A stretch of 64,000 bases of DNA from Peptococcaceae bacterium UBA5356 (GCA_002407935.1 DHPU01000008.1:9430-73429); one strand, 5' to 3'; counted from the first letter of the stretch, positions 55,318 to 64,000 are shown. Translations and numbers: made by a program. The notes: generated by a model not told the origin, from the letters alone.

Positions 55318-55584
55318 ATGCCTTTAATTTCACAATTTTACGGGATTTTGATAAGAATGTTTTTTAATGACCAGGAGCAGCACTGTTTACCACATTTTCA
55401 TGCGGTGTATGGTGAATACTCAGGTTCTTTTACACTGGACGGTGAGCTTATAACTGGAGATATTCCCAAAAAGCAGCAGAAGCTTGTTGCTGCTTGGGCT
55501 ATCATTCATCAGGAGGAGCTTGAAGCACTTTGGAAGACCATTCAAGAGACTGGTGAATACTTTACAATAAAGGGACTGGAGTGA
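55318..55584 (+). CDS. DUF4160 domain protein
   Basis: MPLISQFYGILIRMFFNDQEQHCLPHFHAVYGE matches the DUF4160 signature (F.GI.I.MY.ND..PPHFHA.Y.E). ATG at 55318 after ggagagag. Confidence 0.8.
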   Translation: MPLISQFYGILIRMFFNDQEQHCLPHFHAVYGEYSGSFTLDGELITGDIPKKQQKLVAAWAIIHQEELEALWKTIQETGEYFTIKGLE

Positions 55585-55826
55585 TTTATATGGCGCCAAG
55601 ACCTAAGAAAGTTAAGGCTTTGGAAAACTATTGCCTGCAAGTGTTTTTTGAAAATGGTGAAACAAAGATATATGACATGTCGGCATTACTTGAAATGCCT
55701 TTTTACAGCAAGTTAAAGAACAAAAGCCTGTTTAATACTGTCAAGGTCAAGGATATAACTTTAGAATGGGCTACAGGTCAGGATATATGTCCGGACGAGC
55801 TTTATAATAACAGCAAAAGCTTTTAA
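55581..55826 (+). CDS. DUF2442 domain protein
   Basis: Overlaps the DUF4160 stop (GTGA). V.ALENYCLQVFFENGETKIYDMS...L resembles DUF2442, and DUF4160/DUF2442 pairs are a recurrent two-gene cassette. The start could be the ATG at 55590. Confidence 0.7.
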   Translation: MIYMAPRPKKVKALENYCLQVFFENGETKIYDMSALLEMPFYSKLKNKSLFNTVKVKDITLEWATGQDICPDELYNNSKSF

Positions 55827-55862
55827 AATTTAAATAGAATTAAATTGAAGTTTATTCAAAAA

Positions 55863-55896
55863 ACAGCCAACGAAAAAAATTCGTTGGCTGTTTTTT
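55863..55896 (+). terminator. Rho-independent terminator at the right edge of the accessory island
   Basis: acagccaacgaa-aaaaa-ttcgttggctgt followed by ttttt. Confidence 0.85.
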
Positions 55897-55977
55897 CGTA
55901 AGCGTTAAAGTGTTGTGGTTCTGTTTTGGGAGGAGAGGGCATAAAGATATTTAATAGGTAAATGGGGGGATGTTCTG

Positions 55978-56232
55978 GTGGAGAAATTGACTCGTTTTTT
56001 GGATCTACCGAAGGAGATTGTTTATAATTTACCTAAAGTTACCCTAATTGGTAATATGCAGGTTTTGCTGGAAAACCATCGGGGGATTATTGAATATAGT
56101 GCGGAAAAAGTACGAATCGCCATAAATTCGGGCGAGATGGAGATCACCGGTGAGGGGTTATTTATTCGGAACATTAACAGGGATGAAATCTCTCTGGATG
56201 GAGATATTTCCGCTATAAAATTTTACCGGTAG
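55978..56232 (+). CDS. yqfC: Sporulation protein YqfC
   Basis: LDLPKEIVYNLPKVTLIGNMQVLLENHRGIIEYS...V.I is typical of YqfC; GTG start; upstream of yqfD. Confidence 0.9.
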   Translation: MEKLTRFLDLPKEIVYNLPKVTLIGNMQVLLENHRGIIEYSAEKVRIAINSGEMEITGEGLFIRNINRDEISLDGDISAIKFYR

Positions 56233-56236
56233 GTGG

Positions 56237-57457
56237 TTGGAGATGAAATGGACTTCCGGGATATCCGGTTATGTAGAGATATCTTTATGGGGTATGCAGC
56301 CGGAAAGAGTAATTAATATGGCCTTGAGCAGGGGCATTTCTATTTGGGATATTCGACATCAAGAAAAAGATCATTATATACTCAAGGTAAGTTTGGGTGG
56401 ATATAAAGCTTTACGTATTTTAGTAAGGCGTTCTTCCTGTCGGGTAAAAATCATCACTAAAAAAGGGGCGCCTTTTTTAGTGATGCGGGCCAAAAGAAGA
56501 AAAGTACTAGTCATAGGTACTTTCTTTTTTTGCCTTACTTTATATTTTTTAAGTTCTTTTGTTTGGTTTATCGAGGTGACGGGGAACAAATTGGTTTCCG
56601 CAGAACTTATTTTGGAGAAGGGACAATTGCAGGGGCTGCGCAGGGGAATGCCTAAAGCGGCTTTTAATCGGAAGGAGCTTGCCGAAAGATTACTCTCGGA
56701 AATTCCTGAGCTTTCCTGGGCAGGGATTCATACACAGGGAACAAAGGTAATTATTGAGGTTGCGGAAAAAACCTTGCCTCCCGCTGATGACGAGCATCAG
56801 CCGGCGGATTTAGTAGCACGGATTGATGGAAAGATAGAAGAATTACTTGTCTTAGTGGGAACTCCACTGGTGAGAGAGGGCGATCAGGTCAAAAAGGGGC
56901 AGACTCTGATTGCCGGTTTATTGTATTCACAGATAAAAATTTCGGAAACGGGGGAAATTAGTCCGGAAGGAGAACCGGAGTTGGTTCGTGCTAAAGGTCT
57001 TATTCGGGGCAGGGTTGTACGGACACATATAGAGCAGTGCCCGATCCTGGAAGAAATTAGGGGCGATACGGGAGCCGAGACCGGTGCGGTTTTATTAAAG
57101 CTGCTGGGAAAAGAGATTTATTTACGGGGAACCGGGGAATGTGCTTATGAAAATTACCGGGTGATTCGCCAGACTAAACCACTTATTAACTTTAAGGGGA
57201 GGATTTTTCAGGGCGCTGTCGAATTAATTACTATTGTGTTTAAGGAGCAATTTTGTGAAAGACGACAATGGGGGATAGAAGGGGCATATCAGGAAGCGGG
57301 CAGGAGAGCACGGGAAATTTTAAAAAGTGCTTTACCGATTGATTGCAAAATTACCGCCCAAAAATTCGAGCCGGTACCGGTACAAGATAAAGGGATTGTG
57401 GCAGTAAAATATGAGCTGGAGACAGTTGAAGATATCGGAACTTATCGGCGAAGATAG
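56237..57457 (+). CDS. yqfD: Sporulation protein YqfD (stage IV)
   Basis: GYVEISLWGMQPERVINMALSRGISIWDI N-terminus, one central TM helix, ~400 aa, conserved pairing with yqfC. The start may be the ATG at 56243. Confidence 0.88.
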   Translation: MEMKWTSGISGYVEISLWGMQPERVINMALSRGISIWDIRHQEKDHYILKVSLGGYKALRILVRRSSCRVKIITKKGAPFLVMRAKRRKVLVIGTFFFCLTLYFLSSFVWFIEVTGNKLVSAELILEKGQLQGLRRGMPKAAFNRKELAERLLSEIPELSWAGIHTQGTKVIIEVAEKTLPPADDEHQPADLVARIDGKIEELLVLVGTPLVREGDQVKKGQTLIAGLLYSQIKISETGEISPEGEPELVRAKGLIRGRVVRTHIEQCPILEEIRGDTGAETGAVLLKLLGKEIYLRGTGECAYENYRVIRQTKPLINFKGRIFQGAVELITIVFKEQFCERRQWGIEGAYQEAGRRAREILKSALPIDCKITAQKFEPVPVQDKGIVAVKYELETVEDIGTYRRR

Positions 57458-57617
57458 CTTATTAACATTAAATCGGGTATAATAAATTGTTAGAGTAAAA
57501 CCTTTAGTGCAAAGGATTGTACTGGCGTATGAAGATTATCAGCGGACTGAAGACGAAGATAAGGATAAAGGGAATGGTTAGGTTAATAAGGGGGAGATTG
57601 CGATAGAAACTCAAAAA

Positions 57618-59783
57618 ATGAAGGCCCCATTTTTTAGGGAAACAAGGGCTATCTGGAGAAATAGCCGGGTGAGAAAAATTATTTCGTTTTTGGCTTTCTT
57701 TTTAGGTATTCTGATTATTTTTGCGTTTCATTTTCTTCCTAAAGATTTACCTGTGCAAGAAGGACAAGTTTCGCCTACTACGATTAAGGCATCTCAGACG
57801 ATTACCTTTGAAGATACCCGTAAAACGGCAGAACGAAAGAAACAGGCCGAAGAACGAATCAAGGAAGTCTATATTTTGGACAGAAGTATTCTGGCGCAAA
57901 TGGAGCAGGATCTAAAAAGCTGTTTTACAGATTTGGAAACACTATTAAATGATGATCTAAGCAGTAAGGACAAGATGAAGGCGCTGCAGGAAAGATACCA
58001 TTTGCAAGAAGGTACGGTTAGGGCTTTGGTTTCTTTAGATTCTAATACGATTAAATCGTTAAATCTGGAAGCGGATACCCTTTTAAAAAATCATTGGCAG
58101 ACTGGGGTTAGGGATTTTGAGGTTGAAGAAAAAAAGGTGAAGCTATATAACCAGATTGATTTATTAAATATTACCGTACCTTATAAAAATCTGTTAAAAT
58201 CAGTATTTAATAAAATTGAATTTCAAGCGAATTATCTTAAGGATGAAGAGGCAACCATCAGAGCTAGGCAGGAAGCCACGCAAAACGAAGGGGTCGTCAT
58301 GGTGACGATTCGTAAAGGACAGAAGATTGTTGGGGAAGGTGAGGTTGTTACTGCCGAACACATTGAAATTTTGCAGGCCCTTGGTTATAAATGGTCAGTG
58401 GCTCCCTATGTTACCTTATTGGGTGTATCTATTTTCACTTTGCTGGCCTTTGTTTTGACGTGGTTTTATCTAAAATATTACCGTAAAGATTTATACCGTA
58501 AAGGGATTAACATGGTTTTGCTTGGCCTGCTTTGTTTTATCTCTTTATTGCTGACTATTTTAATTTCCTCGGTAAATATCAGTTCTAATCTAGAGGTCGC
58601 TAAAATGGTAGGTTATTTAATCCCTGTAGCTACAGGATCCATGTTAATCGCTATTCTTTTGGATACAACTTTGGCTATTTTTATGACAGTTTTACTTTGC
58701 TTCTTTATCGGTATTTTGACAGGGAATCAACTCTCTTATGCGATTACGGCGTTTATTGGCGGGTTAGTGGGAATTTACAGCGTGGGCAAATTCAACCAGA
58801 GATTGGATTGGGTGAAAGCCGGCTTATTTATTTCTTGTGCCAATGTGGTCAGCATTTTGTCATTAGGCTTGATGAATAACGATGATTGGCCTGTGCTCTT
58901 GATTGGCTGTTCTTTAGGGGTCACTAATGGGATTTTTTCTTCTATTTTTGCTTATGGCAGTCTCCCCTTTTTGGAATCGGGGTTTAAGGTTACTACCAGT
59001 GTTCGCCTTTTAGAGCTTTCCAATCCCAACCAGCCTCTTTTAAAAAGGTTATTAATTGAGGCCCCGGGAACTTATCATCACAGTATTTTAGTGGGAAATC
59101 TCGGGGAGGCGGCTGCTGATCTGGTGGGAGCCGATTCTTTACTGGTACGTGTAGGAGCTTATTATCATGATATCGGTAAGTTAAAGAGACCCTATTTTTT
59201 CATTGAAAACCAGTTAGGAGGAGAAAACCCGCACGAAAAACTTTCTCCTTCTTTGAGTGCTTTGATTATTACCTCTCATTTGAAAGATGGTTTAGAAATT
59301 GCCCAGCAGCATAATATTCCTCCTGTAATTATAGATTTGATTGCTCAGCATCATGGGACAGGCTTAGCCACTTATTTTTATCATAAAGCCTTGGAAATGG
59401 GGAATTCTGATAATGTAAAAGAAGAAGACTACCGTTATAATGCACCGAAACCTCAGTCTAAGGAAGCGGCCATTATTATGCTGGCTGACAGTGTGGAGGC
59501 GGCAGTTCGTTCCATGACTTCACCCAATCTTGGTAAAATTGAAGGATTAGTGCGGAAAATGCTCAAAGAACGTTTAGAAGACGGACAACTGGATGAATGT
59601 GAGTTGACTTTTAAAGATCTTGATTTGATTGCAACTGCTTTTACCCGGATTTTAAGCGGTATTTTCCATACCAGAATAGAATATCCGGAAAATGTTTTGG
59701 AAGCGCTGAAGGGAGGAAATCTGCTTAATGGAGATCTTAATGGGGAATCAGCAGGAGAACATCACGATAACTCCGCAGATTGA
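57618..59783 (+). CDS. pgpH: 7TM-receptor HD-domain phosphohydrolase PgpH (YqfF; cyclic-di-AMP phosphodiesterase family)
   Basis: Extracellular domain, 7 TM helices and an HD domain (YHHSILVGNL ... YYHDIGK ... AQHHGT); position upstream of ybeY. Confidence 0.9.
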   Translation: MKAPFFRETRAIWRNSRVRKIISFLAFFLGILIIFAFHFLPKDLPVQEGQVSPTTIKASQTITFEDTRKTAERKKQAEERIKEVYILDRSILAQMEQDLKSCFTDLETLLNDDLSSKDKMKALQERYHLQEGTVRALVSLDSNTIKSLNLEADTLLKNHWQTGVRDFEVEEKKVKLYNQIDLLNITVPYKNLLKSVFNKIEFQANYLKDEEATIRARQEATQNEGVVMVTIRKGQKIVGEGEVVTAEHIEILQALGYKWSVAPYVTLLGVSIFTLLAFVLTWFYLKYYRKDLYRKGINMVLLGLLCFISLLLTILISSVNISSNLEVAKMVGYLIPVATGSMLIAILLDTTLAIFMTVLLCFFIGILTGNQLSYAITAFIGGLVGIYSVGKFNQRLDWVKAGLFISCANVVSILSLGLMNNDDWPVLLIGCSLGVTNGIFSSIFAYGSLPFLESGFKVTTSVRLLELSNPNQPLLKRLLIEAPGTYHHSILVGNLGEAAADLVGADSLLVRVGAYYHDIGKLKRPYFFIENQLGGENPHEKLSPSLSALIITSHLKDGLEIAQQHNIPPVIIDLIAQHHGTGLATYFYHKALEMGNSDNVKEEDYRYNAPKPQSKEAAIIMLADSVEAAVRSMTSPNLGKIEGLVRKMLKERLEDGQLDECELTFKDLDLIATAFTRILSGIFHTRIEYPENVLEALKGGNLLNGDLNGESAGEHHDNSAD

Positions 59784-60216
59784 AGAAGTGATTAATAAGG
59801 TTGGGCAGGAAATTAGTCGCAGATTTAAGTTAGATGATCATACGGAGGTAAGTGTAGCCTTTGTTGATGATTTAATGATTAAGGATTTGAATCGAACTTA
59901 CCGGGCAATCGATCAGGTCACCGACGTATTATCTTTTGCTTTTGATGAAGAGGCAGAAGGGACGCCGGAAACTCCGGTTAAAGGGTCGGAAATTCACCTT
60001 TTGGGAGAGATTATTATTTCTTTGGAAACAGCCCGGCGGCAGGCGGAGGAATATGGGCACAGTTTTGTCAGAGAACTCGCGTTTTTGTTTTTACATGGGA
60101 TGCTTCATCTTCTGGGCTATGATCATCAGGAGGAACAGGATACGCGAGAAATGCGCAAAATGGAAGAGGAAATTCTGCACACTTTAAATTATAGGCGCTG
60201 GGCAGAAAATTCTTAG
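59728..60216 (+). CDS. ybeY: rRNA maturation endoribonuclease YbeY
   Basis: Zinc motif HGMLHLLGYDH. Overlaps the pgpH 3' end; an alternative start is at 59740. Confidence 0.95.
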   Translation: MEILMGNQQENITITPQIEEVINKVGQEISRRFKLDDHTEVSVAFVDDLMIKDLNRTYRAIDQVTDVLSFAFDEEAEGTPETPVKGSEIHLLGEIIISLETARRQAEEYGHSFVRELAFLFLHGMLHLLGYDHQEEQDTREMRKMEEEILHTLNYRRWAENS

Positions 60217-60246
60217 ATGTAGATAGAGTTAGGGAGGGAAACTTTT

Positions 60247-61512
60247 TTGTCTCAGATACAGGTGATACAAATCTTCTTACTGGTGGGGCTATTGTTTTTA
60301 TCTGCTTTTTTTTCGGCTTCGGAAACAGCTTTTTTCTCGGCGAACAAAGTAAAAATTCGGCGGCTGGTGGAAGAAGGAAACAAACGAGCGATTCTCACCA
60401 GGCGTTTAATGGATCAGCCTGCCAGATTAATTTCTACTATTTTGATTGGCAATAATGTGGTTAATATCGGGGCAACAGCTTTAGCGACTACTTTAGCAAT
60501 TAGTATTTTTGGTTCTACAGGAGCAGGGGTTGCTGTCGGTGTAATGTCCGTTTTAATTCTTGTTTTCGGAGAAATTACACCCAAAACGTTGGCCGCTAGG
60601 CGAGCGGAAACTTTTTCTCTGCGGGTAAGTCGTTTGCTTAATCTGTTAGGAAAGCTTTTAGCTCCGATTATTTATGTCTTTAATTTATTAACGAATGCCT
60701 TGGTAAGATTAATTGACGGACCGGGGAAGGAAAATCATCTAATAACAGAGGAAGAATTGCGGATGCTGGTCAATGTAGGGGAGGAAGAAGGGTTTATTGA
60801 CGAAGATGAGCGGGAGATGATTGATAGTATCTTTGAATTTGATGATACTTTGGTGAGGGAGGTAATGATCCCGCGTATTGATATTGTGGCTGTTAATGTT
60901 ACGGAGACATTGGAAAATGTGATTAAACTGGTTATTAAAATGGGACATTCGCGTATTCCCGTGTTTGATGAGACCGTAGACAATATCATCGGTTTAATTT
61001 ATGCGAAGGATATTTTACAGGTATTTGTTGAACCCTCTCCTGAAAAGAGAACATTGCAGAAATTGATGCGTTCGGCTTATTATGTTCCGGAAAGTAAAAA
61101 GGTACGTGATTTGTTTGCCGAATTACGTAAGGAAAAGGTACATATGGCCATTGTTCTTGATGAGTACGGAGGGACAGCTGGACTGGTTACGATTGAGGAT
61201 GTAATTGAGGAGATTGTGGGCGAGATTCAAGATGAATATGATCAAGAGGAAAAAGCGGTGGAAAGATTGAGTGACGGCTCTCTTCTTGTGGATGCCCGTA
61301 CCCCTATTTATGAAATAAATGAGCTTTTAGAAATTGATTTACCTGATGATGAATTTGAGACAATTAGTGGGTGGGTTTTTCATAATTTAGGTACTTTACC
61401 TGATGAAGGGCAGGAAATGGATATAGGTGACATTCATGTTAAGGTAGAGAAAATCACAGGACGACGTATTGGAAAGCTGCATCTCTGGAAAAAAGAGCAT
61501 AATCCAGGATAA
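60247..61512 (+). CDS. CNNM/DUF21 + CBS pair + CorC_HlyC domain membrane protein (hemolysin/Mg-Co efflux family)
   Basis: Four N-terminal TM helices (FFSASETAF), the VREVMIPR CBS-pair region and a C-terminal transporter-associated domain; TTG start. Confidence 0.9.
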   Translation: MSQIQVIQIFLLVGLLFLSAFFSASETAFFSANKVKIRRLVEEGNKRAILTRRLMDQPARLISTILIGNNVVNIGATALATTLAISIFGSTGAGVAVGVMSVLILVFGEITPKTLAARRAETFSLRVSRLLNLLGKLLAPIIYVFNLLTNALVRLIDGPGKENHLITEEELRMLVNVGEEEGFIDEDEREMIDSIFEFDDTLVREVMIPRIDIVAVNVTETLENVIKLVIKMGHSRIPVFDETVDNIIGLIYAKDILQVFVEPSPEKRTLQKLMRSAYYVPESKKVRDLFAELRKEKVHMAIVLDEYGGTAGLVTIEDVIEEIVGEIQDEYDQEEKAVERLSDGSLLVDARTPIYEINELLEIDLPDDEFETISGWVFHNLGTLPDEGQEMDIGDIHVKVEKITGRRIGKLHLWKKEHNPG

Positions 61513-61533
61513 TTTATTTAGTTACAAGGAGTA

Positions 61534-62583
61534 GTGGACATGAGATTCAAGTATATCTTAGGGGGCTTTGCCGCATTTTTCTTGAGTATGGCGCTCGGGA
61601 TGGTTACGTATTATTATATTCATCCGTTACTGCCCAAGGAAATGGCAATGTATGAATTAAAAAAGGAGATAGACGAAGAAGCAGAGGAAAAAGCAGTGGC
61701 ATATTCCTTCAATGGATGGAAGGATAAGCCGAGGAAAAGGGCTTTGGCAGTAGTGATTGATAATGAGGAAGAGGCCAGGCCGCAAGCTGGGCTGGAACGG
61801 GCAGATGTAGTAGTGGAATTACCGATTGAAGGAGGGATAACTCGTTTTATTGCAATTATCTCTCGAGAAGATTCGGATTTGGTTGGGCCTGTTCGCAGTG
61901 CCAGACCCCATTTTGTGGAACTGGCTGGGGAGTATAAGGCCATTTTGGTTCATGCCGGAGGCTCTGAAGAGGCCTTGCAGAAAATAGCGACAGAAGAACC
62001 GGATCACCTTGATCAGATATACGGTGGGTATCAGGTAGCGGCTGCTTTCTGGCGTACACCGGATCAACGCAAGCCCCATAATCTTTTTACCAGTTACGAT
62101 ACTTTACGTCGGGTGGCGAAACAATTAAAAATGAATATTACTTTCTTACCTCCTCAGCGTCTGCTCTTAAGTCAGGATGCGGAAGTCACGGGAGAGGAAG
62201 TTGAGGATTTGCATATTTTTTATTCCCATAAAAGTTATTTAGTACGTTTCGTTTTTAATAAGGAGAAGGGAATTTTCGAGAGATTTATTTCTGATAAGGA
62301 TAAACCACATTTAAATGCGGCAGGTGAACAATTAACGGCGGCTAATGTACTTGTTCAATTTGCCCCTTATCGTTATAAGGATGGGGATGGTCATCTGCAA
62401 CTGATTATGGATGGGGAAGGAGAGGCACTGATTTTCCGTGCCGGCAAGGTAATCAAAGGGCGATGGGAAAAGACACCGGGGAATCTTACAAAGTTTACCG
62501 ATGAAAAAGGAACGGTGGTTCCTTTGTTGGAAGGGCCTACCTGGATTGAGGTTGTTCCTCAGGGAAGCAGGGTGGATTATTAA
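61534..62583 (+). CDS. DUF3048 domain protein (YerB-like, membrane-anchored)
   Basis: RALAVVIDNEEEARPQAGLERADVVVELPIEGGITRFIAII ... RSARPHF matches the DUF3048 pattern; N-terminal TM helix; GTG start. Confidence 0.7.
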   Translation: MDMRFKYILGGFAAFFLSMALGMVTYYYIHPLLPKEMAMYELKKEIDEEAEEKAVAYSFNGWKDKPRKRALAVVIDNEEEARPQAGLERADVVVELPIEGGITRFIAIISREDSDLVGPVRSARPHFVELAGEYKAILVHAGGSEEALQKIATEEPDHLDQIYGGYQVAAAFWRTPDQRKPHNLFTSYDTLRRVAKQLKMNITFLPPQRLLLSQDAEVTGEEVEDLHIFYSHKSYLVRFVFNKEKGIFERFISDKDKPHLNAAGEQLTAANVLVQFAPYRYKDGDGHLQLIMDGEGEALIFRAGKVIKGRWEKTPGNLTKFTDEKGTVVPLLEGPTWIEVVPQGSRVDY

Positions 62584-62591
62584 GGGTAAAC

Positions 62592-62829
62592 ATGTGTCCT
62601 TCGTTGTTTTAGTCAAGGATTACCTCGGGGTTCCAAATTCTCGGACAGAACAGTCCTAAGCTTGGTTCGGCGTGATACCGACCGGGCTCAATTCGCCTCC
62701 CTGCTCAGTTCGCCCTAGCGCCGATCTCCTTGTCGGCGACTTCGGTATCACTAGCCTCACCTTCGCTAAGGATGTTTAGCTGCCCGATGATAGTCACCCT
62801 CCGGTAATGCCTTGCCTAAAACGGCACAT
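62592..62829 (+). ncRNA. Candidate structured RNA (~240-nt irregular rod-like hairpin; 6S-like shape, identity and strand uncertain)
   Basis: Non-coding in all six frames and GC-richer than its surroundings. Long-range pairings: atgtg(t)cc/ggcacat, gttttag/ctaaaac, caagg/ccttg, attacc/ggtaat, tcggacag/ctgcccga, gtgataccga/tcggtatcac. Apical hairpin cgccga...tcggcg. Confidence 0.4.
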
Positions 62830-62946
62830 TTCCTATTTCGAATCTCGAGTAGGGCAGCACAACATATTTACCCCTTTACGAAGGGATATATTCAGTGGAG
62901 CACATGCTTTTAGATAAGTTAAACTGTAAGATCGGGGGTAAAAAAA

Positions 62947-63393
62947 ATGGCGGAGATGAAGCAAGAAAAGAATTGGAGTTGTGAACGGGAAGCAGAATTG
63001 ATAGAGATGGCCGGAAGGGTGCGTGAAAATGCGTATGCCCCTTATTCTCATTTTAAAGTGGGAGCAGCACTGTTGGCTGATGATGGGAAGATCTATCCGG
63101 GTTGTAATGTAGAAAACGCTTCTTATGGATTATCTGTCTGTGCGGAAAGAGCGGCAGTTTTTCATGCTGTTTCTCATGGGGCAACTTCGTTTCAAGCGTT
63201 AGCCGTAATAGCGGATTTAGAGGAGCCGGTTCCGCCTTGTGGGGCTTGTCGCCAGATCTTAGCGGAGTTTTCTCAGGAGATGCCGATCATTATGACAAAT
63301 TTACAGGGGAAGATTAGGCGGATGAAAGTGCAAGATTTATTACCGTACGTCTTTATCCCTGATGAATTACGGGAGGAAAAAGTTGATGACTGA
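62947..63393 (+). CDS. cdd: Cytidine deaminase
   Basis: Zinc motifs CAERAA and PCGACRQ; ~148 aa; cdd-era synteny. Confidence 0.95.
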   Translation: MAEMKQEKNWSCEREAELIEMAGRVRENAYAPYSHFKVGAALLADDGKIYPGCNVENASYGLSVCAERAAVFHAVSHGATSFQALAVIADLEEPVPPCGACRQILAEFSQEMPIIMTNLQGKIRRMKVQDLLPYVFIPDELREEKVDD

Positions 63394-64000
63394 TGGTTTT
63401 AAATCCGGGTTTATTGCTTTGATTGGGCGGCCTAATGCCGGAAAATCGACGTTATTGAATAAGTTGATAGGCCAAAAAATAGCGATTATTTCTGATAAAC
63501 CGCAGACGACGCGGAATAAGATTGTGGGGGTATTAACTCAGCCGCAGTATCAGGCTGTTTTTCTTGATACGCCCGGGATTCATAAACCCCAGGATAAGCT
63601 GGGTCGGTTGATGGTTGGCACAGCACTGAATACTTTGCGGGAAGTTGAGGTGATTTATTATTTAGTAGATGCTACTGTATCTTTTGGAGGAGGCGAGGCT
63701 TATCTTCTTGAGAAATTACAGAAGGTTGATACGCCTGTTTTTTTGCTGTTAAATAAAGTTGATTGCTTAAAAAAACAGGATATTTTGCCTGTGATTGATT
63801 TTTATCGTCAGAAAAAGGACTGGGCGGAAGTAATCCCCATTTCGGCCTTGACGGGCGAAAATTTAGAGCATTTGTTGGACGTTACTTTGCCTTATTTGGA
63901 AGAGGGGCCTCAATACTATCCGGCCGATGCACTGACTGATCAGCCCGAAAGAATTTTGGTGGCGGAATTGATCAGGGAGAAAATAATTCGGGCTACCCAG
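63386..64000 (+). CDS. era: GTPase Era (5' part; continues beyond window)
   Basis: Hand translation gives MTDGFKSGFIALIGRPNAGKSTLLNKLIGQKIAIISDKPQTTRNKI...DTPGIHKP. Overlaps the cdd stop by 8 nt and stays open to the window end. Confidence 0.95.
   Translation, partial: MTDGFKSGFIALIGRPNAGKSTLLNKLIGQKIAIISDKPQTTRNKIVGVLTQPQYQAVFLDTPGIHKPQDKLGRLMVGTALNTLREVEVIYYLVDATVSFGGGEAYLLEKLQKVDTPVFLLLNKVDCLKKQDILPVIDFYRQKKDWAEVIPISALTGENLEHLLDVTLPYLEEGPQYYPADALTDQPERILVAELIREKIIRATQ

Noticed and set aside
35108-55900. Interpretation of the accessory block as a prophage, ICE or transposon
   Set aside because: No integrase, recombinase, transposase, phage structural genes, tRNA attachment site or terminal repeats could be found. 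The content is a polymorphic-toxin locus.
62592-62829. SRP (scRNA/4.5S) RNA, RNase P RNA, tmRNA or a known riboswitch as the identity of the structured intergenic element
   Set aside because: The universal SRP domain-IV sequence (…GGAAGCAGC…) is absent on both strands. I saw no RNase P or tmRNA conserved boxes, and no T-box, cobalamin or purine riboswitch cores. The family is therefore left open, with 6S-like only as a shape analogy.
62833-63051. 72-aa minus-strand ORF overlapping the cdd start
   Set aside because: It is antisense to cdd and its RBS region, and the translation has no features.

Overview
This window comes from a low-GC, endospore-forming Firmicute. Gene content (spoIIP, yqfC/yqfD, an archaeal-type chaperonin inside the dnaK operon) suggests Clostridia/Peptococcaceae-like; that placement is inference. 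About two thirds is a conserved housekeeping and sporulation backbone, almost all on the + strand. In order: T-box-leuS, a purC-like gene, HAD hydrolase, a GC-rich AAA+/DUF4143 ATPase, TetR(-), comEA-comEC, a D-Ala-D-Ala carboxypeptidase, holA, rpsT(-), spoIIP, murJ, lepA, hemW. Then CIRCE-hrcA-[group II-like chaperonin]-grpE-dnaK-dnaJ-prmA-rsmE-mtaB, HIT, rpsU, an SLT transglycosylase(-) and nfeD-floA. After the insertion the backbone resumes with yqfC-yqfD-pgpH-ybeY-CNNM/CBS-DUF3048-[structured non-coding element]-cdd-era. The standout is a ~20.8 kb accessory insertion (about 35.1-55.9 kb) between the floA/yqfB-position gene and yqfC. It carries two co-oriented giant secreted proteins that share a paralogous subtilase (S8) head. 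(1) A 1,487-aa protein: S8, 14 RCC1 blades, 2 FN3-like domains and a short YD-repeat stub. (2) A ~4,545-aa protein: S8, 36 Kelch blades (apparently 6 x 6), a full RHS/YD cage ending in the DPxGx cleavage motif, and a 365-aa unclassified AT-rich C-terminal toxin region. An AT-rich putative immunity gene follows. Downstream are a toxin-less orphan copy (~1.05 kb, ~96% aa identity) of an internal RHS segment and a DUF4160/DUF2442 two-gene cassette. No integrase, transposase, tRNA, rRNA or CRISPR array was found. Function calls rest on motif recognition by eye; no database search was possible.
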